From: Nageia nagi
Lineage: Eukaryota > Plantae > Pinophyta
Length of the DNA: 64,000 nucleotides
Assembly: GCA_050084985.1 (NCBI GenBank)
Contig: JBITNC010000001.1
Location: forward strand, 162,564,001 to 162,628,000
Direction of reading: 5' to 3'
Shown: one piece after another, positions 25,322 to 37,339 of the stretch
How positions within the stretch are numbered: the first letter of the stretch is position 1
How the letters are laid out: every line of letters begins with the position of its first letter
Notes under the pieces: generated by a model
The model's input: only the letters and a program-made list of their open reading frames with translations
The model's database searches: none
Told to the model about the DNA's origin: nothing
Made by a program: the position numbers and the translations under genes

Positions 25322-26441
25322 TGATCCAAAATTTGGATCCCTTTAACATTTAGTAATCTCCATTTTAGTGTGTTCATTGTGATCATCTTATCTTCAACTT
25401 TCCGATGCTTCTTTTGGATCATGAATCTGAGTTCATATGTGGAAGATATGGTATTAATTCTGTTTGTGTATTTGGAGAAAAAAAGAGAGAAAAATATATA
25501 TATATATATATATATATATTATTTGGATGTCCCATGTAGGGGGGACCCGCCTACCATTATGGAGTCAAAATGGCCTACATGGAAGGTCAAGTGCCGCATG
25601 GAAGCGACGAGACGAGGGGAAGAGGAGGTCCATGTTGGAGTTTGATCACACAGTGTGACCACCTGTTGATCACTAGCCTACTGCTAATCTGCCCACAAGA
25701 TCATCCACCCATGCCAGCCAAACCGCCATGCCACCACCTGACCGTCAGCCAAGCCACCAGTCAACAGGAGGTTGACTACCTCTAAGCACACCACATGTCA
25801 TCACCATAGTGCACCCACCCAATGTTAGGTTTTGTTAATGTATTTTTGGTGTTTTCAAAGGTTTCTGGTGATTTTTGATTCGCCTAAGGTCCTATTATTA
25901 GGCTAAGTTAATTCTGTAAGCCTGAAATAGTCCAGAGAGCGTATTATTTCGATTTTAGATTTTATTTTAGGGAGATTTTTACAACCATTTAAGCCCAAAT
26001 TTGATAGGAAGATCAAGGAGGTTAATGGGTATCTAAAAATAGGTTTTTTTATCTAATTTCTTAGTTGTAATACTCTCCAATTTTAGCCCCCAAAATTGTA
26101 TAAAAGGGGAGCAAATTGGACATGAAAAAAAAGAGAGGATTTCAGGAAAGTGTTTTCAGAGCTGTGAGTGGTTGTGAATGTGAGAGGAGGTTTTGAAGAA
26201 CCATGGAGGCCTTGTAAAGTGATTCCACCCATTGATAGTAGAGAGCTTTTGAGTTGGATGTAGTCCACACTAGGTGAACCAGGATAATTTTGCTTGTCTC
26301 TTTCTATGGTGAATGCTTTTCTCTTCTCTGTGTTTACAAATTTATTACTGATTTTCCTTTACAAGCACTTAATTGTTTTAAGTGTGAATTGATCCTAAGA
26401 AAAGGTTAAATTGAAATTTTAATCTTATAGTTTATGGATCA
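25322..26441 (+). repeat. 3' LTR (1120 bp)
   Basis: Direct repeat of 19554-20698. Confidence 0.96.
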
Positions 26442-26719
26442 ACTATGCATCAATATATTGTATAAGTATCCATCGACATGCCATAGGTATGTTGACTGGT
26501 GAATAGTGTTAGAGTTGGGATCTAGAGAGAATAGAGTGGATGAATGATAGATATAATTTATTTGATTGTATTTATTATTTAGATATAAATAAATACCAAA
26601 CCCCCTTTTTTGACTTAATTATTATCCCTTTTTATTCTATTTTTACAATATTCCTAGTTTTATTTGTTCGTCAACTCCTGGTTGTAGATAAGAACCCAAA
26701 CCAATTGATCTTACGATCA

Positions 26720-26975
26720 ATAATATTTACAACCCTCATCCACTAGACTTGCATAGTTATATGCAAGTTAAACATATATAAAGGTTATTCTAATAGGATG
26801 GTTCCTAAGTGCTCCATTAGATCAATATGTTTAAGGCCATCTTTTCTATAGTCATGAATTAATATCTTTAAATTGTTACATTTTTACGAAACTTTGATTG
26901 CATCATGCATCTTGGAAAATAATTCTTAGGCCTTGTGTACTCTTCCACATTTTGCATACATTTCTATATTGGCAC
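26720..26975 (-). pseudogene. PLS-class PPR pseudogene copy B, 5' part
   Basis: Resumes tttacaaccctcatccact (minus VDEGCKY) exactly where 17713 stops, collinear with copy A at 15860; MYAKCGRVHKA..LFSKMHDA near 26895-26965. Confidence 0.85.
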
Positions 26976-28272
26976 TCACAACTATAACATTCAATTAAAA
27001 ACCATTTTCAACTACTCTTTAATGGATGTCTATACCTTTTTCTAGAGATTCCATAGTGGTACATGTAGAGAGTTATTAATATGGGTGTTCATGAATGTAG
27101 TATAGGTAAGAGAAAATATGATATTAGTTCATAATTTTCCATATACTCCTACCAATTCAAATGTGTAATTTTATACTTTATCAATTATTTATTCTACATG
27201 ATGTTATTACCCTTTTATTCATGTGATATGATCTTTGTGTATGCTTATGACCACATTCAGAAGCAATAAATTTTAGTTCATAGGATGTTATCATTCAATT
27301 CTTTAGATAGATTCAAGGTTTTTAGGGTGTTGTTCACTAAATTTATCTTGTAAGTGCTAAAAAACTACTATATTTTATCCAATAAGGCCAAAGTTCTAAA
27401 AATTAAAATTATTTCATATCATAGTTGTCTTCCCTTTTAATGACTTATGATATTCATAAAGTGGTGGATTTAACTATAGTTCCTAAATTATACATCATTT
27501 ATTATCCACAATATTAGTTTATTTTTTGTTCCTCATATATTTCACTATGGATTATTATATATAGTTCAAATTAAAGTGAACTCCTACTTCTATTATATTT
27601 TAGTTTAAGTGATATACATTAGCCAAAAATAGATTTATATTTTGCTAATTCACTAGGCATCTCTACCTCTATTATATTCAGGTCAATTTATGAAATTGAT
27701 AATAGAGCATGGTTTCTTTTTCTTTAATATGAATCTCTAATGTAGATGATTTTTTGGTACTTTATTTAATATATTTCTTATTCCAAAATCTATAATTATA
27801 AATATTGTTATAATTGAGTCATTTATTAATGAATTTACATGGATTCCATGTTGAATCTTATAAGGAAAGAGATAACAATTGGGGCCAAGTTGCAAATGAG
27901 CTAGAGAAGTTTGATATCCTTAGAGGAGGATTTGATGATGAAGAGATACCTTATGATGATGTAGTAGTTCAATAGAAGGTGTATACATAATAAAATTAAT
28001 AATTTAAAAAAAAAATCATTATATTTTAATACAACTAAAATTGGAAAGATATGGAAGATAAAGTTAACCTTAAATCTTGTATTTATCTTAAATCTTGTGA
28101 ATTAACCTTAATACGCGGGATCATGTGTATCTTGAAATGATATTATCTTCTTTCATATATATTAAATTCAAATAGAGTTATTTATTTTTGGTAGTGTTGG
28201 AGTATTTTTCTTTTTTAATATTATACTTGGTAAGATGGTGTGGAATTTTTATGCTTGTATTTATTAGGTATA

Positions 28273-29079
28273 TGTGTAGGCCTTTAAAGATTGTGAAGAG
28301 AGAGAAGGCACCTTTACCCAAGATCAACCTTTAAGTATCCTCTTCTTTTCTATAATAGAACTAAAACTACAAGAACATAAACACACTTACATTCATCCAT
28401 AAAGTGAAATAAGCAAATATTGTGGTTCCTTTCAAGATGAAAGTACTCCACTTAGAATCTATAACTCTATTACTTCACAATAATTACAATGCTCTCTCAC
28501 AACCTATCCTCATACAACTAAGAGCATAACTTTGCCTCTTACAAGTGTTAATGAATACATGAGAGGAGCCTCCTATTTATAGCACCAAACTCCCTCATGG
28601 GATCACTTTTTTAGCCAAGGGGTAATCTCGAAATCTAATGTCCTACAAGTGGATGAGGGGTATAACAAGTTGCACTTATTTTAATTCCCTAAATACTAAA
28701 AGGTATTTATAAATAATTTTAAGTATTTAGGTAAATTAATCCAATTTAATTACAAATTAGATACCTACTAATGTATAACAAATTCTAACACTCCCTCTTA
28801 ATGCAATATAGGGTAGAGAGTAAAGAAGATAGAGGTAGAGCTTTACATTTTGAGAAGTAATAGATCATAGACAAGGCTTAACTACTTAACCATTTTAACA
28901 AATGCTTTACAATGTGATAACTATCAACCATAAATGATTTTTATGTTATAAGAATTAGTTTTCAATAGGAAGTTGACATGATGAGCCTCCATGAGCCTGC
29001 ATACCTGAAGTAAGTAACCTACAATTTCAAGAAGAAACTTTCAAGCTACAAGTAGCTCATAAATAAGATCAATTATATG

Positions 29080-29118
<39 letters not shown>

Positions 29119-29520
29119 TATCAATATAATATAAATGAATCAAATAATGCCATCCATACACTGATCAAATGGTGCACTATAAGTTATCTCGAAGATGCCA
29201 AGCAAACTCATAGTCACTGTTGTATAAAAACATATGTGTTGATCATCCTTATCAAAAACTAGGATATATATCTAATCATGCACACACTAGTTCCTTACAC
29301 ATTAATTACTAAATAATGCCAACATGCACATACTAGTTCCTCACATATGGATAGCTAAATAATGCAAAAAAATGTACAAACAAGTTCATCACATGTGGAT
29401 AACTAAATAATGCTAACATGCACATACTAGTTCCTCACACATGGAGAACCAAATACATAAATGTACACAAAAATCAATAATATACAACTAAAAGATCTTC
29501 ATAGGGGTGAATTTGTCATC
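28273..29520 (-). mobile_element. 3' LTR, PPT and 3' non-coding region of a truncated LTR retrotransposon
   Basis: tg...aattctaaca (28273-28790) followed by ctccctct (PPT on minus); tandem repeats in the adjacent internal region. Confidence 0.55.
29277..29455. repeat. ~45-bp tandem repeat x4
   Basis: Unit catgcacatactagttcctcacacatggata(a)ctaaataatgc(c)aa. Confidence 0.85.
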
Positions 29521-30070
29521 ACAAAAATGAATTCAACAAGAATTCAAACTTCACTATACATTTATAATAATATTAACTAAATCATATAAAATCTCATATA
29601 TTATTATATTATTCATTAGAAGCCACTTCATTTGTTGTATTATTAAAACTATGAAAATCAAAACCTTTATTCTTAAGATAAATTTGATGTTCAATGGATT
29701 CTAATATACCTTGTTAATCTTTGTTAATGTATTTTCTTCATTATCCATACCTATAAAAAACTCTATGATGATAAAATCATTCATTGGATTTATAACACAA
29801 AATGGTACTTTATTGTTTATGGTATGGTAGTTTATTATCTAGTATGATTTCCTCATCTTAAGGGTATATTGATTATAAGAAATAATAATTGATAAAATTT
29901 AACTATTTTTTTTCTTTATTCTACTTATAATTTATTATAACATTTATATAAAAATAGTAAAATGGTTATTATCTTTCTTTCTTTTTAATCAATTATTATG
30001 AATGCTACAACTATTTGATAAGAATGTTGCAAGAACACTATATCCTTTAAACATAATACAATAATCTTCA

Positions 30071-31929
30071 TGAAGTTATTAAGGATTTTTTTGATATGTA
30101 AATTTTATGAAAAAAATGGTGGGTTTTAAAAAGGTCCCCAAAACATGTCACAAAAATCACAACAAATCACTTTTTAATCTAACTGCTACCCAACTGAACC
30201 TAGTGGTAGCCAAAATGTATCTCATAAATACTATAATGGCAATCAAAATTTAAGCTACGCTATCTATCTACAATACAAGGTTTCTCAGTCAGCTCAATTT
30301 CATCCATACTGCAATTTTGGTAGATCTTTAAGGAACTTGTTTTAAGTCCAATAAGTGCCTAAACTTATCAAATGTTTGTTGGAAACCCTCACATTTTCTT
30401 CTACCATTTCCTTATCTCTTATTTTTTGTTGAGATGATCTTCCTACATGGTTCTTCCCCACATTTGGTATTTTTTTAAGATTGGTTAGTTATCTCAATGG
30501 GATATCTTCTTTCGCCTATGTTGTATCTTGTTGGTTTCCTTCTTATTGATCTAAATTATTCCTTTTCCTCTTTCTTCTATGGACCATCTTAGAACTAGAA
30601 ATTTCATCCACAACAATTTCTATTTCTATTAGATCCTTATCATTTGGCCCTTCTTCTTTTACATCCTCATTATTGTTTGGTTGAACATCTTCTATGCTAT
30701 TGCCTTTGAATAAAACTAAAGCATTAAATGAATTTTTGCTTTCAAATTTATTCTCCTTCTCTTTTTGTGTTTGTACTTGTGCTTGGTTTTTTGTTAGAGG
30801 CTATTTTTGTCTTCAATTGTTCTATCTTTGAGATTACCTCCATGCCTTCTCATCTTTCATTATTTATTACTTTATTTCTAGGCATTCCTTAGCATAATGA
30901 TCAAATTGCTTGTAATTATAATGAATAAGAAGTTTTTTATAAATTATTTCTTGCTCCCAAGTCTTATCATCCTTTTCATCAATAAACATTCTTTATCTTA
31001 ATATTTTGGTTATGTTAATGTTAATTAACACAAAAATGAACGTCAATCATTTTGCTTCAAGTTCTAGTCACCTTCTTGATTGCTAAGAATGAACCAATCC
31101 CCTTACAGTTCATGTGATGACACTTGCATTATAATACTCCATTAGTAGGTTTGGAAGGTTGACCTAGGTTGAGAAAAATCAATATTTTCAATTTTTAGCT
31201 TGAATCCTTTATGCTACTACTTGAGTATCAATCCTTTCCTATTAAGGAACCAAGGCCCTGATTCTAGGACCTTTGCCATATCTTTGTCACTCTTAAATTT
31301 AAATATAAAAATTTCTTTAAGTAACACTACTAACTCTACATAGTTTTATGTTTTCCACCTTTCAATCATCCATCTCTGAATTATGTCCAAACTAGGTCTT
31401 ATTTCAACAAACCTCCCAATCAAAATATTCTTCTATCAATCTATTTCAAGGTTCCTAATACATTTTTAGGATTATTGTGCACTTCATTATCAATTATACT
31501 AGTCTTGAGGTTGATTTCTATCTCCTCCTCAATCTTGGCTTGATCCTTAATAATGATATTGACCTATTTCTATGGTGGCATTGGATCTAGTCTTTTTCTA
31601 GCTTTATTCATCACATTATGCTCAACATTTGGTTGCATTGTATATTTACAGGAGTCTTGCGTTCATATCAAGATCCATATCCTAGATCTAGGATCTCCTC
31701 CCATGATCCCTTTTCCCCTTTCCTAACATTTAATGTGGAGATGCAAAATACTTGCATTAGGTCTTTGATATGCGAAGGGGCCTTCTCCTCACTGCATGGT
31801 GCCTTTTTTCCTATGGGGGTTAAACCTCATGCTTATGCGCTTCTTTGGGACTTCAAACCCTAATCACTTACTCGCTTTCATCTCTAAACTTAATCTTATA
31901 ATGAAAGCCTTTTGAAGTTATTAAGGATT
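30071..31929 (-). mobile_element. L1-type LINE, internally deleted (5' end, ORF1, start of ORF2 endonuclease, 3' UTR/polyA) with a 17-bp TSD
   Basis: TSD TGAAGTTATTAAGGATT at 30071-30087 and 31913-31929; short T-run next to the left TSD; ORF1 DUF4283-like LIGRFVEIRPSLDIIQRWMIERW, GPWFL, *VNLPNL; knuckle remnant KQFDHYAKEC; ORF2 start ..NVRV near 30385-30400. Confidence 0.88.
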
Positions 31930-32639
31930 GATTACAACATCCAGATTTTGCATTTAAGAAAATAAAATAACTAACTATTCAAGATAAGTACTTTTACAAA
32001 AGAGTAAAATTTTGTATATTAGAAATATTGACAAGTCAACATGATAACAAAATAATAAAAATAAATAACAAAAAATCTTGATTTTTTTTATATATAATCT
32101 ACTTATGTAAACTAAAATTACATTATTAACCTTCTCTCCATAAAGTAAAATACTAATTAAATAATTTAAGATATGTTACAAAAGTATCAACATTAAAATT
32201 GTAACACTAAATGAGAGACCATGTTAGTTAAGTTAAACAAGTAAAATTAACAAAAATTACTTTTTAAATGTCTACAATTTATAGTTAAATTTTACATATA
32301 AATTTTCAAGCAAATACAAGAATTATGAAAAATAACTACTAAAATAAGCTAATTGAGTATTATAAGAATATTCCTTTTATACTTTATCATGTAATACGAC
32401 ATAAAGATCAAACAATTACTAGAAGAAAATGTATTATTCTCACAACTTTAACATAACTTTGTTATTATTTTCATATTATGAAAATCAAGAACTATTTACA
32501 TAATCCTATTATTACTTTGACATTACATATACTATACATTATATAATTAACATATCTCTATTAAACATCTAATTTGAACATCTAACTTATAATTTATTAG
32601 TTTCTAATCTCATTTTTTTAAGGACTTACACCAAGAAGG

Positions 32640-32804
32640 TAAGCCGACCTCACAATAAAAAGACATTATATATTTCCTTAAATCAAAAGCTGGAGTGTTA
32701 TTGTATGGAGTGCGACAAATATTATTGTTGTTAGGGTCAGTTAATAGCAGATCACTTCGGTCGGACCTTGCTTTTCAACTTCAGAAAGGGAGGGACGCAA
32801 GCTG
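32640..32804 (+). promoter_or_regulatory. Putative U1C promoter and non-coding first exon (donor CTG|GTAAAT at 32804/32805)
   Basis: CpG is locally retained in an otherwise CpG-depleted window. A T-rich, intron-like, TE-free stretch runs to candidate acceptors at 35073/35096/35102 just upstream of the ATG. Confidence 0.5.
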
Positions 32805-32889
32805 GTAAATAGTTAAATATCCACTGCTAGTTTTCCATTCCATTTATTTCAGCCGGGAAGTAGTTATATTCTTCAGAAACCAAGCAACG

Positions 32890-32961
32890 TAGGGTTTATA
32901 ATATCTGGTTTTCGATCTAGGGTTTATGACATCAATATTTTGGTTTTTCGATCTAGGGTTT
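32890..32961 (-). promoter_or_regulatory. Three telo-boxes (AAACCCTA)
   Basis: TAGGGTTT at 32890-32897, 32918-32925 and 32954-32961; telo-boxes are typical of plant translation and RNA-processing genes. Confidence 0.75.
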
Positions 32962-35137
32962 GTAATATTAGTATTTTGGTTCTTTTTCTTTTTTTTTAAC
33001 CTAATATCAATCCTGGGGCATTATTTGTTAGTTTTTTGTTGGTGTTTTCCGTTTGAAGCATTTCTATTTTTATTTCGTTAGCAATAAGTTCGATTTGTAC
33101 AATGTCTGCAACGCGTCATATGTTCTAGGGCTAATTAATCTACAGAGTGTTTCTTCTTATCGTCTGAATCAGTAGGAAAGTTGGAATATTGGCAGCAGTA
33201 GTTGATATTTTAACTAAATTTAAAGTTTGAGTAAATAAATGGCCGATTTTTGGTTCTCTTGTATAAAGATTTAATAAGATTGAATTTCTTTAGTGTTTCT
33301 CTTACTGTAAACTGCATTCTAGCTTGTGTTCCATAGGATTTTGTTGGATTTAACATCAGTGATGTAAATGTCTCGTGGCAAGTAGTGAAAATTTAGACCT
33401 GTTGCTTGCTGGAATTTTTCTTTGTGAATAATTACAGAGGATATGAATATTTAAGACTCTGTAGTATTGATTGATGGAGAATATTCCTCAAGTACGGAAC
33501 AGTTGAGTTTTATAGAATTTGCATCACAATTTGTTCTGACGTATGTGAAAGGTTTTCGAATTTTTTGGATTTTTGGGGTTTAATGATTATAAAAAACTTT
33601 TCTATGCACATATCTCCTCGAATGAAATTTTACAGAATTGATTACAAGCAATCACAAGTGTCTAGCACTATTACTGGATTTTGAGTTATCAGGTTAAGAT
33701 TGTTAAAAACATTCTGCTATTTTGGATGCCTTATCCTATTAATTTTATTATGCTATTTATTTTCTTGTGAAATCCAACTCAATGTTTTTGTTAGGTATTG
33801 ATCTAGTTGACCTTGTTCCCTGTAACTTCATTATTTGTTTTTGAATTTTTTGTGTACCTATTTCAAATTGTAGCAGTCTAAAATCTCACAAAAATTCTAC
33901 TTACACCTGAAAGTAAAGTACTAAAAATAAAAGTTTAGACTGCCAGTTGTTAGTCTGCCTTTCTTATTTAATAGGTCCATAAAATGCTAGGGAAATGCCT
34001 TGTGTTAAATTACGTGAGCTGAATATGGAAGAGTAGTTGGATTCTAAAATTGACCTTCATTATAAAAATGATCTGTTTTGCCTATCCACTTTGGTGATGC
34101 TATCTTAAAAAAATATTAGATATATTATTTTTCACATATATGATTTCTTTAATAAATAAGGTTATTTTTTTTCTATTTTTAAAACTTTCATAAGCAAAAA
34201 TATTGACTTCTGTGATTTATTTATACCATAGGCTTGAATGAAATCTTTTAACTTTTCAAATTTTAGAGGGTACCTTGGTCCTTGCTTCTCGAGTGAAGTT
34301 GGCCATATAACAGTGGATAAGTAGTGGTATGATTTGAAGAGGGCCTCTCACATGCAAATTGTTATTTTTAATCAATCCACAACCCTGGAACATGGAAGTG
34401 ACCCATTTCTCACCGTTTCCCCCTAATATACCTACCATGGCAGACTTTGTATGCAACTGCTCTTTTATCATTGAGATGGTACTTAAACTCCTTTTGATTA
34501 CTAATGTGTGCATGAAATAGTTTAGTACAAGTAAATTATGGAAGGAGCAGTGCACTTCAAATACTGGCCTATACCATATAAATCATCCACTTTATTAATC
34601 CACCTGGCCTATTTTTTTTTGGTTTTAAGGTTTTGAGTTTGCTTCTACTCTTGGTATCCCTTTTGTTGACAGCCATATTTTTAGATAAAGTAATATGTGA
34701 TTGAACTTGTTCACCTTTCTTGAAATGTTTTTGGGTAACTTTTTTGAATATTTGTTATGCTTTTCATGTCTTTTTATAGCATCCTTCATGTGTTCCTGTT
34801 TTATTTTTTTTTTAATTTATTTCTATTTGAGATAATGTTGTTAATTTCAATTTTCAGTTTGTTAAACTTCCATACAGATTTTGACTTCTATGTTTTATTA
34901 ACATTGGGTGTTTTTTCATGCATATCTAGTTTAGATTTGTACATCATATTTAATTTTATATTGCTAGAAAAATCCTTGATGAAAATCGTACTGATACTTA
35001 CAAAAATGGTTTTAATTTTTTCATTTTATTTTGGAAGCAAATGAATCTATTTAATAATTTATTTCTCACGTAGGCTTTCTGTAATCTTATTTACAGATTC
35101 AGGTTATTTGAAGAATTTTGATTTTAGCATTTTTATC

Positions 35138-37339
35138 ATGCCAAGGTAAGGGGAAATAAATTCAAGAACCCTTGATTATTTGTATCACTATTATCTTTCA
35201 GTATTTTTAACATTCATCTTTTAACAAAATGACTTGTTCAAATGTGAAGGTATTACTGTGATTATTGTGACACTTATTTGACTCATGACTCGGTCAGTAT
35301 TTCTCTTCTTTTTAAAAGATTTTTCTTAAAAGAATACAAAATTAGTTTATTATTTGGTTCTTATATTTATTTGTTACTTTCTGTTGAGATTAATGGGTCT
35401 TCTTACATGAATAATATGTTGTTTGATTTTAATTTATCTCTCTATTGTTAATGCTCATTATGTTATCTGAGCTAATATATATACAATATTTGTATAGGTA
35501 TATGACTTTAATGGATAATTTCAAGAATGCTGTTATTTAATTTTTTATAGAATTGCAGAGAATTACATGGAAATATAGAACCCTGAATAAGACAAAATGT
35601 TGCTCAATCCCTTACATGTAAATTGTGGATTTGAGGTTCATTGCTTGACTATATGACTATTTATATCTTTGCATTGCATTTAAATAACAAACTGGACTTC
35701 AGAACAGCTAGTCAATTGTCATATCTAATATATAAGCTGTATTTTGATTGTTTGTTGATGGTTAATCTGTGTATCTTTTGCTTGTTTATGGCACACATTG
35801 CTTAATCATTGGTGGATGAACTGTGAGGTAATACTATTAGTTATTACCTGTAATGGCATAGTGGATTAATATTTTTTCTGTGTAATGCTAATTGTGAATT
35901 CAGTCTCAAGCGAATGACTGTTGAAAGTTATTGAAATTAGGGAAGTTTCATTTTTGTTTGATGTTCTTTTAATGCTTCTTATATTTATAGCTATATTTCT
36001 TGTTTGTATTGCATTCAGTTATATATGATTCCATGAAAAATGATAGATATGCTTTTGAAATTTATTTTTACTTTAGTAGTGCTTCAATTTGAAATTGTTT
36101 GAATGCAATTTGTTATTGGCAGTTGCTATTTCTAACACTTTAACTATATATGCAGCCCTCAGTCAGAAAGCAGCATAATGCAGGGTACAAGCACAAGGTA
36201 TGATGATATAATCGAAACAAAAAATGTGGTTTGCATTTCCTCTTCAGCAAATGTTTAATCTAATGGTACTGTTTTTCCAGGCAAATGTTCGTTCATATTA
36301 TCAACAATTTGAAGAGCAACAAACTCAAAGCTTGATAGATCAGAGGGTGAAGGAACATCTTGGTCAGACAGCTGCTTTTCAACAGCAAGTTGGTGCTGCT
36401 TTTCACCAGCATCTTGCATCTCTGCAGTCTGGGCAGCAAAGACCTCGCCCTCCAGTTCCAGTGTTGGCTCCACCCACTTTGCCTGTACCTGGATCAACAC
36501 AGCTACCGAATAGCCAACCTTTTGTACCTTCTCTTCGCCCTCCTGTGTTACCTCGTCCTACGACGGCCCCTCCAGGTATGCAGTAAATCTTTTGTGCTAT
36601 TTAAAGGTGAATATGCTGTAAATTATTGTAACTATTCAAAGGCAAAATAGAACTTAAATTGTAATTATTTAATACGTTACAAGTGTTTATTAAAGGTTAT
36701 TGATGCTAACAAGATGTTTGGGCTTCTCTTGAGTTCTTAGTACCAACTGTGAATATTATATCAAAAAATGTTTATGATAGTTTGTGATGTTTCTCATAAA
36801 ACATCTTTGTTTTACATTAGAAACTTTTTCTGTTTTATGAGGGTACTTGGGTTGGTGTTTGGTTATTATACTTTGATAAACAATTGCTTATGGAAGTTTA
36901 TTGTGCAGCATATGGTGTATCCATTGGAGCTGCTCCAACACTTAGACCTCCTGGTGCACCAGTTACATCTAGTCCAGGTATGGCACAATCAAGTGGTTTA
37001 CCAAGGCCACCTACTTTGAATCCTCCAATAGCTGCAGGAGCAAGACCACCACCTACATCATCATCAATGGCAAATGGTGTAATGTCTCCTCCCTCTCTTT
37101 CTAATTCTGGTATGTACCAAACCCAACAGCCAAACTCTGTTCCAACAAGTGGATCTTATGGAACTTACAATTATGCAGCACCTCCACCTAGTTATTCACA
37201 ACAGAACACAGCTGCCGGGCTTCCAAATCCTACTTATATTTCCCAGCAGCCACCTAGAGTATCAAGTCCACCTTCATCTGGAAATTCAGATAGTTATGTG
37301 TATGGTCAAGCTCCTACATCAGCATCTGGTGGTATTTAG
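35138..37339 (+). CDS. U1C: U1 small nuclear ribonucleoprotein C, 272 aa; join(35138..35145,35250..35292,36156..36197,36281..36575,36909..37339)
   Basis: Spliced translation [59 protein letters not shown] is the U1C zf-U1 C2H2 finger, followed by a Pro-rich tail. All introns are GT-AG and the phases are consistent (819 nt). Confidence 0.97.

Larger units (their letters stand above)
19554..26441 (+). mobile_element. Full-length Ty3/Gypsy chromovirus (CRM-like), inactivated
   Basis: LTRs TGATCCA...TGGATCA; perfect 5-bp TSD ACTAT (19549-19553 and 26442-26446); PBS tgatatcagagc 20703-20714; PPT atggggaggaa 25311-25321; gag-PR-RT-RH-INT-chromo order. Confidence 0.96.
17714..26719 (+). mobile_element. 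Small non-autonomous LTR element (~2.1 kb before the nested insertion)
   Basis: 5' LTR 17714-18244 (531 bp, TGTTAG...GATCA); degenerate PBS tggaatgtagag at 18247; PPT aagttggggagga 19281-19293; 3' LTR 19294-19553 plus 26447-26719 (533 bp in total). The 1.05-kb internal region has no pol. The TSD is imperfect. Confidence 0.85.

Noticed and set aside
27800-27990. Acidic peptide GQVANELEKFDILRGGFDDEEIPYDD as a hAT transposase C-terminus
   Set aside because: Too short and decayed; no diagnostic motif or TIR could be confirmed
36248-36280. In-frame alternative acceptor (tcttcag at 36247) adding 11 aa after the U1C zinc finger
   Set aside because: It would leave a 50-nt intron, below the usual plant minimum; the 36280 acceptor gives the conserved HK-ANVR junction
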